A DNA stretch of 64,000 nt, taken from Candidatus Bathyarchaeota archaeon. Its GTDB lineage: Archaea > Thermoproteota > Bathyarchaeia > Bathyarchaeales > Bathycorpusculaceae. This document shows, one piece after another, positions 30,084 through 39,877 of the stretch (position 1 is its first letter; the number at the start of each line of letters is the position of its first letter). A program made the position numbers and the translations under genes. The notes beneath the pieces were generated by a model. It did no database searches. It was given only the letters and a program-made list of their open reading frames with translations, and was not told the origin of the DNA. The stretch is from NCBI GenBank assembly GCA_963775465.1, contig CAVZIW010000011.1, forward strand, positions 15,913 to 79,912. Direction: 5' to 3'.

Positions 30084-30425
30084 TTGGATGCAGAATGGAA
30101 CTTTAGATTAACCGAGCAACGTCTAGTAATATTAAAAACCAAGAATGAAAGTGTACGTAAAGCAGCTGCACTTGACGTTTTAACTAACTTACCATTCGCT
30201 TTGAACATCTCGTCAGACATAGCCATAGAAAGCTTGTGCAACGAAAAAGAATACTGGGCAACAATCAATGTTTACTCCTCAAACAACCTTGAAGGAGTGG
30301 ATAAGAATTTTGTTAATTTTTTTACAGCATCGGATATTAACCAAAAAATTGAAGACTTTCTTAAAATATTTTGGATTTATCCAGGAAAAATCCGTTTTGA
30401 ACTGATCAATTTTGAAGAACCATAG
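30084..30425 (+). CDS. Hypothetical protein
   Basis: 113-aa ORF with GGGAG SD; fills the gap and abuts the ftsY stop. Confidence 0.55.
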   Translation: MDAEWNFRLTEQRLVILKTKNESVRKAAALDVLTNLPFALNISSDIAIESLCNEKEYWATINVYSSNNLEGVDKNFVNFFTASDINQKIEDFLKIFWIYPGKIRFELINFEEP

Positions 30426-30426
30426 T

Positions 30427-31332
30427 TTATCTTAAAACCATATTAACGAATTTTTCAGGGTTAAACAGCTCCAAATCTTTGTAAGTCTGCCCAACGCCTA
30501 TGAAGAGAATCGGTTTCTGCGTAACGTAAGTCACGCTTAGCGCTGAACCACCTTTCACGTCTGCGTCGACTTTGGTCAGAATCGTAGCGTCGATGCCGAC
30601 AGCTTTGTTAAATTCTTCAGCTTGCATAATTGCATCGTTACCGATTAAAGAGTCAACGGTAAAGACCGTCAAGTCAGGCTTCACAACTCGTTTAATTTTT
30701 ATAAGTTCATTCATCAAATTCTGGTTTGTTTGCATTCTCCCTGCAGTATCGATTAAAACTATGTTGATACCGTGAGCTTTTGCATGGTTAACTGCGTCAT
30801 ATGCAACTGCTGCTGGGTCACCGCCGTATGTGCTTTTTATTACACGTATACCAAGGCGCTTTCCGTGTTCTTCTAACTGTTCAATGGAGCCAGCGCGGTA
30901 AGTGTCAGCACCACATAATACCACAGAATAGCCTTTCTCACGTAGAAAATGTGCAACTTTAGCGATGGTTGTGGTTTTTCCCGTTCCGTTGATTCCTACA
31001 AAGAGTAAAGAAAATGGTTGATTTTTCTTGCGTTTTTCCTCTGCAAGCGTTAGTAAATCAATTCGACAGTTCGTTAACATTACTTCTAAAAGCACTTGCT
31101 TTAGGTTTTCTTCAATGATTTTTTTTCGGTCTTCTAATCGTTTAACTGAAACGCCCACCAAACGTTTTTCCAGTTCATCGCAAATTTTATCTGCGACAGG
31201 AAAAGCTACATCATTTTCAGCTAAACCCATTTTAAAATCTGATAAAAGAGGGGTTAAACTCTCAGTTTTAAGCTCAGTTGTAGTAACCTTACTAACTAAT
31301 CCTTTAAATCCCGACTTTAGTTTCTCAAACAT
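30427..31332 (-). CDS. ftsY: SRP receptor FtsY
   Basis: GINGTGKTT, DTYRAG, DTAGR, TKVDAD, GVGQ; ATG at 31332. Confidence 0.97.
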   Translation of the reverse strand: MFEKLKSGFKGLVSKVTTTELKTESLTPLLSDFKMGLAENDVAFPVADKICDELEKRLVGVSVKRLEDRKKIIEENLKQVLLEVMLTNCRIDLLTLAEEKRKKNQPFSLLFVGINGTGKTTTIAKVAHFLREKGYSVVLCGADTYRAGSIEQLEEHGKRLGIRVIKSTYGGDPAAVAYDAVNHAKAHGINIVLIDTAGRMQTNQNLMNELIKIKRVVKPDLTVFTVDSLIGNDAIMQAEEFNKAVGIDATILTKVDADVKGGSALSVTYVTQKPILFIGVGQTYKDLELFNPEKFVNMVLR

Positions 31333-31336
31333 CGCT

Positions 31337-31777
31337 TTAAGGTTTACCTTCTCGCGCGTTTGAAAGCAAACTTTCAAGTCTGCCTCTGCCGCTATTGATT
31401 CTTTCAGCGACTTGGGCAAACTGTTGTTGAGCAGAATTCATGGTTTTCTCGAGGTCGTCAAGGCGTTCTTTTAAGATCGCTTTGGCGTCTGGAAGAGGCT
31501 TTTCAATGCTTACACCTGAACCCATTCCAACGATTACTTTGTTTGAGTCGGCGAGCTTTACTTTCACGTAAGAACTACCGCCAATTGGAACAAGCATTTC
31601 AATGTTTTCTTTTTCTTTTTCAATACCATCTATAGTGGCGTTTGCGTAGGTTAAGTCTGTGATAGCTGCGTTCACCATATTGATACGTTGCTGTAAGGCT
31701 TCCGCTGTTTGTTCAAGGTAACGCATTTCCATGCTGAGTCTACGAAGTTCTTCTTCAGCTTTAGCTCTCTGTGCCAA
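31337..31777 (-). CDS. pfdA: Prefoldin alpha subunit
   Basis: MLVPIGGSSYV, VIVGMGSGVSIEK between coiled coils. Confidence 0.95.
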   Translation of the reverse strand: MAQRAKAEEELRRLSMEMRYLEQTAEALQQRINMVNAAITDLTYANATIDGIEKEKENIEMLVPIGGSSYVKVKLADSNKVIVGMGSGVSIEKPLPDAKAILKERLDDLEKTMNSAQQQFAQVAERINSGRGRLESLLSNAREGKP

Positions 31778-31781
31778 AAAA

Positions 31782-32009
31782 TTACTCTCCAGTTACCAAT
31801 TTCTTTAAAATCGGATTTTCGATCTCGTCAGCCTTCATTTCTTGAACGCTGGCAATCTTTATGTGGAAACGTTTTACTCGGTGTTTGCTGCCTATTTCAG
31901 CATAAACCTTCTCAACTGCATGTTCACTTTTGTCGGCAATAATTTCCTTAGCGAATGGCGTGGCAAGATTTGGCTTGTGGATTTCACCGGTTACTTTGAA
32001 AGCTTTCAT
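31782..32009 (-). CDS. rpl18a: 50S ribosomal protein L18a (LX)
   Basis: EKVYAEIGSKHRVKRFHIKI; conserved gene position. Confidence 0.93.
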   Translation of the reverse strand: MKAFKVTGEIHKPNLATPFAKEIIADKSEHAVEKVYAEIGSKHRVKRFHIKIASVQEMKADEIENPILKKLVTGE

Positions 32010-32689
32010 TTTTCATCTTCCTGCACAACATCCATTGCATTCCCAATTATAAACATCTCGGGTCCAGTTGTCATAGATCCTGCAACAGCTGCATGACTAT
32101 TCGCTATAAGGCCAGTGCCAACGTAGGGAACTCCGCAGTTCACGGAACCCACATCAACGGGAACCTTGAAGACACTTTCAAGAGTTTGCTTTTCTTCTGT
32201 TGTCAACATAGGATGAGCTAGAACGCCTCTATTAGTTGCAGTAGCTAAGGATCCGACGTAAGGAAGTTGGGCGATTTGAGTTGGCACTACTTCCACGTCT
32301 AGTGCCTCGGAGATTTGTTTGATTTCTCCTGGTTTGAATCTGGGGTCAACCACTGCACCTTTGTCGTTGGCTAAAACTAGGTTACCATAAGCGGTTTTTT
32401 TGGTTTCCATGATTTTGATGTTTCCTTCAAAAACTGATTCGATCAGTTTCAACTCTTCGTTGCGAATGGAGCTTGGAAGTAACATCCCGTTGGAATTTGC
32501 ACATGCCAATGCACCGATGAGAACTGAACCACCGATGTGAGTGTGAACTAGCTTAACATTTAACCAGTCAGCAAATTCCCTTGCTTTCTCCTCGGGCACC
32601 ATGACGGGAATAAAGACTAAGTTTTCGTTTGCTAGTGAATAAACGCCTATGCTTGCGCTTCCAACTATGCTAGATAAATAAACAGCCAA
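32006..32689 (-). CDS. eif6: Translation initiation factor aIF6
   Basis: IGVY, GNLVLANDKGA, GSVNCG, TTGPE. Confidence 0.95.
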   Translation of the reverse strand: MAVYLSSIVGSASIGVYSLANENLVFIPVMVPEEKAREFADWLNVKLVHTHIGGSVLIGALACANSNGMLLPSSIRNEELKLIESVFEGNIKIMETKKTAYGNLVLANDKGAVVDPRFKPGEIKQISEALDVEVVPTQIAQLPYVGSLATATNRGVLAHPMLTTEEKQTLESVFKVPVDVGSVNCGVPYVGTGLIANSHAAVAGSMTTGPEMFIIGNAMDVVQEDEK

Positions 32690-32806
32690 GAACTGATCCT
32701 CCTTCGAAATTGTTAATGCGTTGTTTTCCTTGTTCTACCTATTTTAGATTGCGGTTAAATCAAACAATAAAAACATCATTTAAATGATAAAATGAAACTT
32801 GGTTTA

Positions 32807-33286
32807 TTATGTTTCAGCCAGGTAGACAGTGACGTTTCCGTCTTTGTCTTTGGTTATTCGCACTTTGATTTTGCGTGGAGGTTTCTCGATTCCTCTGCCC
32901 CAAATCTTTTCGTTAACTTCTTGGCTAACGATTAAATGAGGCAGTTCTTCTTCTTCCTCTTCTTCTGAAACTTTCATTTCAAGTTTCATGTGCTTAGTTA
33001 CAAAGACTTTAAGCAATTGCATTGCACGTGGAGCACGCTTTTTGGGAGGACGGACAAGCGCTCTCTGCAACGGGATTGTGTAGAATCTTTCTTCAACGAT
33101 TTCATCTTCTTTCTTTTTTCTTTTCGGTTTTGCTTCCTCTTCTATCACGGGGGCTTCTTCTGTTTCCTCTGCAGCAACTTGCTCTTCTAGTGAAGCCTCT
33201 GTTTCTTCCTCTGGTAGCTCTGCTAATTCTTCAAGTTCTTCGTCCTCTGGTTTTGTTACTTGTTCTTGTTTAGTTTCTTTCGTCAT
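32807..33286 (-). CDS. rpl31e: 50S ribosomal protein L31e with acidic N-terminal extension
   Basis: ERFYTIPL, KRAPRA, VNEKIWGRGIEKPPRKIKVR. Confidence 0.94.
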   Translation of the reverse strand: MTKETKQEQVTKPEDEELEELAELPEEETEASLEEQVAAEETEEAPVIEEEAKPKRKKKEDEIVEERFYTIPLQRALVRPPKKRAPRAMQLLKVFVTKHMKLEMKVSEEEEEEELPHLIVSQEVNEKIWGRGIEKPPRKIKVRITKDKDGNVTVYLAET

Positions 33287-33303
33287 TGTAATCTGTTTTC
33301 TCC

Positions 33304-33462
33304 TTAGGCCTTTATCTTTCTAGTTCGCCAATTGCGTCTTTGCTTTGGGTTATTTCGGACCTTTCCGTCAGTTCGAGCGATAACCCATGTTGGAACAGAT
33401 TGTGATTCTTTGCCAGCTTTGGCTAATCTGAGTTTTTTGGCTGTTGGTTTTACTCTTGCCAT
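33304..33462 (-). CDS. rpl39e: 50S ribosomal protein L39e (not in ORF track)
   Basis: Hand translation [52 protein letters not shown]. Confidence 0.95.
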   Translation of the reverse strand: MARVKPTAKKLRLAKAGKESQSVPTWVIARTDGKVRNNPKQRRNWRTRKIKA

Positions 33463-33465
33463 TTT

Positions 33466-33795
33466 CTATATCCTTCTGATTTTTGTTTCTCGCTTCCGTG
33501 ATTGAAGCTGAAGTAGGATAGATTTAAGTTGTGCATCTGACAGCGGAATGGGTAACTTACCTGTTTGTGCCATCTCGATCAATTGCAACTCAATTTGCTC
33601 TGCGAAGTCAGGCTTAACCATCTTTAGGTTATTTAGCCTTTGCCGAGCTTCAGGCGCTAATATCTTTGCTAACAACGCCTGTTTCTGTTGTTCTAATTGC
33701 TGTTGAGCTTGAGCCTGTCTTTGCTCGTCACTCATGCGACTTTGCATTGACAAAAGTTTTCTCTTACGTATCTGCTCAAGTTCATCATCAGACAT
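33466..33795 (-). CDS. PDCD5-family DNA-binding protein
   Basis: DDELEQIRKRK, PEARQRLNNLKMVKP, ETKIRRI. Confidence 0.93.
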   Translation of the reverse strand: MSDDELEQIRKRKLLSMQSRMSDEQRQAQAQQQLEQQKQALLAKILAPEARQRLNNLKMVKPDFAEQIELQLIEMAQTGKLPIPLSDAQLKSILLQLQSRKRETKIRRI

Positions 33796-33799
33796 CTTA

Positions 33800-34264
33800 C
33801 TATTCGCCTTGATACTTCTTGAGTTCAGGGACAGTTTTAACTATTTCTTTTGCCAAATCGCCAGCTACTTCTTGAAGAAGCTTGCGTCCTTTAGGAGCCA
33901 TTATTCTTCCTTTCGGCCGTGTAATCTGAATGAAACCAGCGGTTTCAAGTTGCTGAAGAGCTTTGCGGATACCGCTTCCCCCGGCTTTAACGACGCGGTT
34001 GGGTTTGCTTCCTCGGTTTTTTCTTCCGCCATAATCGGAGCGTAAGTTTTCAAGACCAATGGGACCGTGAATGTACACTTTACGCAGAATACTTGCGCTT
34101 CTTGTATACCACCAGTCAGGATTCTGGGGCTGGTGTTGAACATGAGTACCTGTTTTAGTGAAGGGTGCCCAAATGGGAGGTTGGACATCGTCAACGTTTT
34201 CCTTTAGATACTTCGCTAATCGATCGATGAATTTTGAAGCCGGAACGTCATGAGGAGTAGTCAA
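33800..34264 (-). CDS. rps19e: 30S ribosomal protein S19e
   Basis: KTGTH, DWWYTRSASILRK, YGGRKNRG, LQQLE; TTG at 34264. Confidence 0.96.
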   Translation of the reverse strand: MTTPHDVPASKFIDRLAKYLKENVDDVQPPIWAPFTKTGTHVQHQPQNPDWWYTRSASILRKVYIHGPIGLENLRSDYGGRKNRGSKPNRVVKAGGSGIRKALQQLETAGFIQITRPKGRIMAPKGRKLLQEVAGDLAKEIVKTVPELKKYQGE

Positions 34265-34612
34265 AGATTCTCTATCCTTTAGTTTTTCCTTGCAGTAAAA
34301 CAATGAAGCCTAATATAAATATTCTCTGAATACAAAGCAAACTCCATACCCAACTTCACCCACCCCTTCTCCATTTGTAAACACCAAAGTTACAGAAGGT
34401 TTCAATGGGGTTAGTGGACTCAGGGTCTATTTTAGAGCTACTTTAATGTTGTTTATTGTATAATTAAGCGTTTCATACGAAAATACTGTTAATTGCAGAA
34501 GAAAATCCTGCTCTAATCAATTTCAACTTATCTAACAAATCACTTCTGAATAGGTTCAACTTAGCGATATTCACAAAAGCATTAGCGAATAGGCATTGAA
34601 ACTTTATAGCTT

Positions 34613-34915
34613 CTATTGTTCGGTTTCTGTTAACGCTCTTCGTTTCCTAAACAGAATAAACACGTGACCTCGTACTTCAACCAATGCAGCATTAGTCGAG
34701 TTTGCTGCTTCCGAGGCTATTGATTCAGCTGTTGTGGATTTCTGAAGTGCAGCTGGTAGAATTCGAACTTTAACCATTTTGTTCTTCTGCAGTTGTTTTT
34801 CGATTTCAGCCACTAGTTGAGGTGTCAAGCCTTCTTTGCCAACCCAAATTGTCGGGTTCTCTTCTTTTAACACGTGCCTAACGTGGCGTTTCATTCTGGT
34901 TGTTATTTTGCTCAA
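34613..34915 (-). CDS. YhbY/CRM RNA-binding protein
   Basis: PTIWVGKEGLT, MVKVRIL, VRGHVFILFR. Confidence 0.9.
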   Translation of the reverse strand: MSKITTRMKRHVRHVLKEENPTIWVGKEGLTPQLVAEIEKQLQKNKMVKVRILPAALQKSTTAESIASEAANSTNAALVEVRGHVFILFRKRRALTETEQ

Positions 34916-35234
34916 TTCTGATTTGCTCCTTTTTTCTTAACATTATCCTAGTATGATTCCCACAGTTTAAACAGGTAATTACAACATGGGGCTCCCTTTT
35001 CTGCTTTACCCTAACTCGACAGTTAAGGCTATGCACAAATAGGCTGTTACATTTTTTGCATGTTTGACGCCTAAACTCTGCAGGCAACCGAATCCGTGCA
35101 GCCATGGCAATTCGACGTGCGGAAGCAACGTATTGGGTCGCCAATTTTGGATCTTCTCTGTAGACTTTTTGGGCTTGATCTAAGAGTATTCGGATACGTT
35201 GCTTAGCTATTTGTTTGATGTTGGTTTGTTTCAT
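34878..35234 (-). CDS. rnp4: RNase P protein Rpp21
   Basis: IAKQRI, CKKC, RVRVK, ITCLNCG. Confidence 0.93.
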   Translation of the reverse strand: MKQTNIKQIAKQRIRILLDQAQKVYREDPKLATQYVASARRIAMAARIRLPAEFRRQTCKKCNSLFVHSLNCRVRVKQKREPHVVITCLNCGNHTRIMLRKKEQIRIEQNNNQNETPR

Positions 35235-35423
35235 CAAGTCTATCAGATACGCCAAAGAAATATAGTTCGGTTAGATAATTATTACGCTATTAGTTAGATT
35301 CTGTGTATAACTCAGATTTAAGTTGCCCTGTTGCGTCAGCCGCTTCAGCTCATTTTTCAACCTATTCTGGCTTTGAATGTTTGCGGAATCTACTTAATCC
35401 TTTTAGAGAGCATTTTTGAACAC

Positions 35424-36431
35424 CTAATGAAGTCTACCTAGCTTCCAAGGAGTCGGATGCAATATTACGTCAGTTGCAAACGGAGTCCACCAATGTTCAT
35501 TTTCAATATACCACTTAACAGTAGATCTTAATGACTCCTCAAAGCTGAACTTAGGTTTCCAACCAAGCTCGTTTCGAATTTTTGATGAATCTAAACTGTA
35601 ACGAACATCATGCCCTGGGCGATCTTCGACAAATGTAATTAAGCTCTCAGGTTTTTTGAGTTCGTTCATTATTCTTTTAGCAATTTGCAGATTGCTTAGT
35701 TCGTTGCCAGCTGAGATATTGTATATTTCACCTGGTTTTCCTTTTTCTAGCACGACACTAATCCCTTCGCAGTGATCCTGGACGTAAATCCAATCTCTTA
35801 TGTTGTTACCCTTACCGTAAATGGGAATCGGCAAGTTCCTCAGTGCACGAATAACGGTTTTGGGAATTAGTTTTTCAGGCATCTGATATTTTCCAAAATT
35901 ATTAGTACATCTCGTAATTGAAATATTTAATCCGAAGGTTTTATGATAAGATAACACAAACATATCCGCGGCCGCCTTTGAAGCAGAGTATGGATTAGAT
36001 GGTTTAGGCACAGTCGTTTCGGTGAACGAACCCTCTGTGGTTTCACCGTAAACTTCATCGGTGGAAACTTGCAAAAGCCGAGCTTTTTGGTTATGTCGTC
36101 TTATAGCTTCCAAAATTGTAAAAGTGCCCAATGTGTTGTTCTGTAAAAACAAATTGGGGTCAGATATGCTCCGGTCAACATGCGTTTCAGCTGCAAAGTT
36201 AACTATAACATCGACCTGGTGAATTAGACGATTCATGAGGTGTGGGTTGCATATGTCGCCTTTAATGAAGGTGTATCGTTTGTCATTTTCGATGTCACGC
36301 AGATTTGCCGGGTTAGCGCCTATTCCAATTTTGTCCACGTTTATCAATTCGTAGTCTGAGTGGGTTGCAAGCATAAGCTTGACAAAGTTGCTTCCGATAA
36401 ATCCTAATCCGCCGGTCACTAACACTTTCAT
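35424..36431 (-). CDS. rfbB: dTDP-glucose 4,6-dehydratase
   Basis: TGGLGFIGS, AAETHVDRSI, STDEVYG, YSASKA, DRPGHDVRY. Confidence 0.95.
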   Translation of the reverse strand: MKVLVTGGLGFIGSNFVKLMLATHSDYELINVDKIGIGANPANLRDIENDKRYTFIKGDICNPHLMNRLIHQVDVIVNFAAETHVDRSISDPNLFLQNNTLGTFTILEAIRRHNQKARLLQVSTDEVYGETTEGSFTETTVPKPSNPYSASKAAADMFVLSYHKTFGLNISITRCTNNFGKYQMPEKLIPKTVIRALRNLPIPIYGKGNNIRDWIYVQDHCEGISVVLEKGKPGEIYNISAGNELSNLQIAKRIMNELKKPESLITFVEDRPGHDVRYSLDSSKIRNELGWKPKFSFEESLRSTVKWYIENEHWWTPFATDVILHPTPWKLGRLH

Positions 36432-36433
36432 AG

Positions 36434-36690
36434 TTAATCACTTGTAAAGAAATAATTCCAGTCCCAACTTTTTTCGACCCGTGGTTCATCTTTGTTGCTG
36501 ACAAATTTATGGATAAACGTTGGATCGTTCCAAAGGCATTTTTCTCTGTCTGGAGCTTTAGCTTTATGCGGATTTGGGGTAAAATAAAGCAATATAGAAA
36601 GTTGATCGCCTAGCAGATTCATGTATTGAGCTCCTTTCTACACTATGCAATACTCTGGGTATTATTACTTGCTGTTGCCTTATGCTTTTG
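36434..36690 (-). pseudogene. Probable decayed dTDP-4-dehydrorhamnose 3,5-epimerase (RmlC-like) 3' remnant
   Basis: ILLYFT...PD...WNDPT...PRVEKSWDWNY resembles the C-terminus of archaeal RmlC-like proteins (from recall); sits directly upstream of rfbB. Confidence 0.5.
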
Positions 36691-36692
36691 AG

Positions 36693-38285
36693 TTAAACGT
36701 GGAATATCTTCATCAACATCTCAATCAAGGTAACGAAAACATTCAGTAGCTTAGACAAGGGACCGAAACCTTTTGCTATTTGCCTAATGTTAGTTAAGTC
36801 AGTTCTGTTGATGGTTCTGGTAATTATAGATATCAATATGAAGGCAATCGCAAAAATTAGTACACCGAATATTAGTTGTGTAAATAATTGAATTAGACTA
36901 CTTGATGGCAATAAAGATAATGAAAAATAGGTTAATAGCCCAGACAGACCTGAAGAAAACAGAATTTTTATTGAAGAACGCCAATCGACTGAAACCCCAA
37001 AATTTTTCTTAATGAACCGCAGAGCAAAATACAAACTTGGAATACCAACAGTTGACGTAGCGACAATCAACCCAATAATACCAAATTGAAAGACCATCAC
37101 AAAACTGAGAGGAAAACCAACTGCAACGGTAAGTATTGTTAAAATTAGATTGTATTTGGTGTATCCTTGTCCATTTATTAGGTTACCTGCACTGAGGCTT
37201 CCAAGCGCAGTAAATAGATAAGCCACAGATTGTAAAACAAGGAAAAGTGGTGCTTCAGGATACTTTGAACCAAAGAGAATAAAAATGCCAGGATGAGCAA
37301 GAGCCATAACTAGAAATGTAACTGGAACTACAATAAGAGCAGCATACTTTACAGAAAATTGAAAAACACTTTTAAGCAATTCACCTTCTTTCGCAGAGTC
37401 TAACTTAGAAAAAGCAGGAAAAAGCATTGTTGTTACAGGCGTAGCAAAGAAAGTTATTAAAACGACAAAGTTTGTTGAAACGGAATAACTACCGATAAGA
37501 GAATTGTCAGTAACAAAATATGCCATTACGGCACTATAAAAATAGGCTAGAAAACCAGCTAGGATAGTGCCGATTGAAAGCGGTAGACCATATTTAATCA
37601 TGGTTTTTATGGTTTGCATTAATTCCAACTTAACGTGATTTGGATTAGGAAATTCACGATACATTGTAAAAACCAATAATACTCCAACTATTCCAGCCGT
37701 TAAGACTGCTAAAATAAAACCGTCAATTGCTCCAAGAGTTCCTAGTCCTAACAAAACTAACCCAATTATTAAACCAGTCTTGAAGACTGATTGAATAATC
37801 AGCATAACACTGTTAAGATGCATTTTTTCCATGCCTGTGAATGCAGCGGTTGCTGTGCTTACTAATGCACCAGTTAGGATGAAAAATGAAGCTATTTGAA
37901 TCAATTGTGTAATGGCAGGACGATTGTAAAATGTAGTGGCGAGAAATCCTGCAAGAACAAGAGATAGCAAAGAAAGCGCTAAACCCAATATGATTTCAAA
38001 CGCAAACCCAGCGACTAAAACGCTGCGGATTTTTGCTATGTTGTTTTCGCTTCGGTATTGCGCGGAATACTTAACAATGGCAGTGTTTATTCCCCAATCC
38101 CTAAAATTTGCAATGAGGTTGGGAGCTGCAAGAGCAATCGCATATAAACCTAAATCACCAGGTGACAAGAGTCCGGCAAGAATTATTGTACCTACTGACG
38201 ATACAACTGTGGATGCAACGAGACCCCATAATAGGTGAAAGCCGCCTTTCGCAGAAACTTTCGCCATCTCGGTTGCCTTAGACAA
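36693..38285 (-). CDS. Polysaccharide flippase (Wzx/MOP family)
   Basis: About 14 TM helices, DWGINTAIVKY, KYGLPL, LFPAFSK. Confidence 0.9.
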   Translation of the reverse strand: MSKATEMAKVSAKGGFHLLWGLVASTVVSSVGTIILAGLLSPGDLGLYAIALAAPNLIANFRDWGINTAIVKYSAQYRSENNIAKIRSVLVAGFAFEIILGLALSLLSLVLAGFLATTFYNRPAITQLIQIASFFILTGALVSTATAAFTGMEKMHLNSVMLIIQSVFKTGLIIGLVLLGLGTLGAIDGFILAVLTAGIVGVLLVFTMYREFPNPNHVKLELMQTIKTMIKYGLPLSIGTILAGFLAYFYSAVMAYFVTDNSLIGSYSVSTNFVVLITFFATPVTTMLFPAFSKLDSAKEGELLKSVFQFSVKYAALIVVPVTFLVMALAHPGIFILFGSKYPEAPLFLVLQSVAYLFTALGSLSAGNLINGQGYTKYNLILTILTVAVGFPLSFVMVFQFGIIGLIVATSTVGIPSLYFALRFIKKNFGVSVDWRSSIKILFSSGLSGLLTYFSLSLLPSSSLIQLFTQLIFGVLIFAIAFILISIITRTINRTDLTNIRQIAKGFGPLSKLLNVFVTLIEMLMKIFHV

Positions 38286-38616
38286 TCAACTTTATCTCCT
38301 TGTCATCCATTAAATTAGATGTTCTTGTTAGCGAGGTTCTGTTTATCACTTTTGGTTTTAACTGGAAAAACTAAGGTTTGATTCAAAGGCACCAGAGCTT
38401 TCCTTTACTCGAAAAGTATTAAATTCTGGTATAACAGTCAATCGCCATAAATATGGCTCTGTAAAGACTGTGATAACCAGTTATTAACTAATTTTTTAAG
38501 AAAGAAAGATGCAAACGAAGCAAGCTGGGTCTTAACATTCTAATTGAAAAACAGCGACATTTCCATTATGACAATCCTTTTATCACTAAAAAAGTCACTT
38601 GATTAAATGGATGTTT

Positions 38617-39045
38617 ATGCCAACAATAAAAGATATTATGACTAAAGAGGTTGTAACAATCGAAACTAGTAAAACCGTTTTTGAAGCGGCTAAGCTAATG
38701 TCCTCTAAGGGCGTAAGCTGCCTAGTCGTTGTTATTCAAGCCTTTCCTGTTGGAATCATTACTGAACGCGACATTGTTAGAAGAATCGTAGCAAAACGGA
38801 GCTCTCTTGACGTTAAAGTTACTGAAGTTATGACTAAGACACTCATAACAGTCGACCCGAACTCCTCGTTAAAAGAATCTGCAAGAATAATGTCAAACAA
38901 CAAAATAAGACGATTACCCGTTCTAAAGAACAATAAATTGGTCGGAATTGTAGCGGCTTCAGATTTTGTGCGAAACGTAGGTAAAAAAACAACAACAGAA
39001 GAAATCTTGGATGCACTGGGACGTAACTCAATAAAACCCAAGTAG
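38617..39045 (+). CDS. Tandem CBS-domain protein
   Basis: KDIMTK, VGIITERDIV, IRRLPV. Confidence 0.92.
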   Translation: MPTIKDIMTKEVVTIETSKTVFEAAKLMSSKGVSCLVVVIQAFPVGIITERDIVRRIVAKRSSLDVKVTEVMTKTLITVDPNSSLKESARIMSNNKIRRLPVLKNNKLVGIVAASDFVRNVGKKTTTEEILDALGRNSIKPK

Positions 39046-39074
39046 CAACTTTTCGTTTTTTAAGCTCTTTATTT

Positions 39075-39587
39075 TTAGATTCCGCAATAGTTACTCCCCC
39101 TTGAGACTATTGTTTTATTTTTTCGTCTCATCACAAGCAGTATTAGAGCAGAGCCAAAGATTGAGAGAAAGATGGGTATTATCAGGTAATCAAGAGATAT
39201 TCTAGATGGGTAGCTGTCCCTTTTTCCTTCGAACAGTTCAGGTGTTGTCTGATAACTAAAAGTCACCGAAATTGTATTTTGGAGATCATTTTCAAAGTTT
39301 AAGATGTAAGTACCGTTCTGTTGTGCAACTAATCCGAAGCTGGTCGGTACGTCGATTAAGCCCAAATTGATGACTTGTTCGCCGTTTGGCGCATTCATCC
39401 AAACACGGACGCTACCGGTTGCTGAAACAGAACCGTTAAAGATTGATCCGACCGAAAGTACATACAACAATTGCCCAGTTGAATGATTGAGATTAAAAGG
39501 TTCAACTTCGGTAGCTTGTGCAGGAAAAACCAGAATAATCATCAGAACTACGAGCAAAATAAAAGTTAACACTTTGGTTTTCTTCAA
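39075..39587 (-). CDS. Hypothetical type I membrane protein (signal peptide, GOLD-like beta domain, C-terminal TM)
   Basis: Signal peptide, GTYILNFEN, C-terminal TM followed by RRKNK. Confidence 0.7.
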   Translation of the reverse strand: MKKTKVLTFILLVVLMIILVFPAQATEVEPFNLNHSTGQLLYVLSVGSIFNGSVSATGSVRVWMNAPNGEQVINLGLIDVPTSFGLVAQQNGTYILNFENDLQNTISVTFSYQTTPELFEGKRDSYPSRISLDYLIIPIFLSIFGSALILLVMRRKNKTIVSRGSNYCGI

Positions 39588-39682
39588 GCCTAATCCCTTT
39601 AAACATTAGGAAAGTAGAGACCGCCCTTATTAACAATCTCACAAAAGATCAAGAAATGCTTAAAAAATCAATTGTGACACCT

Positions 39683-39760
39683 TGGCGGGTCCGATGGGAT
39701 TTGAACCCATGACTTTCAGCTTAGAAGGCTGACGCGCTATCCGTACTGCGCCACGGACCC
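39683..39760 (-). tRNA. tRNA-Arg (TCT), CCA encoded
   Basis: GGGTCCG/CGGACCC acceptor stem, anticodon loop CTTCTAA, GGTTCAAATCC T arm, ends GCCA. Confidence 0.96.
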
Positions 39761-39877
39761 ACAAGAGCTTTGATTATGTGGAGACACTTGCACATATAAT
39801 TTTACCTGTTGTTTTGCGTTAAAACACAAAATCTTTCAACCGGAAAACGAAGCAATTAAAAGCCAGAACAAAAAAAG

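Noticed and set aside
34304-34612. Gap between yhbY and rps19e checked for RNase P or SRP RNA
   Set aside because: AT-rich, with no RNase P or SRP conserved motifs or long stems
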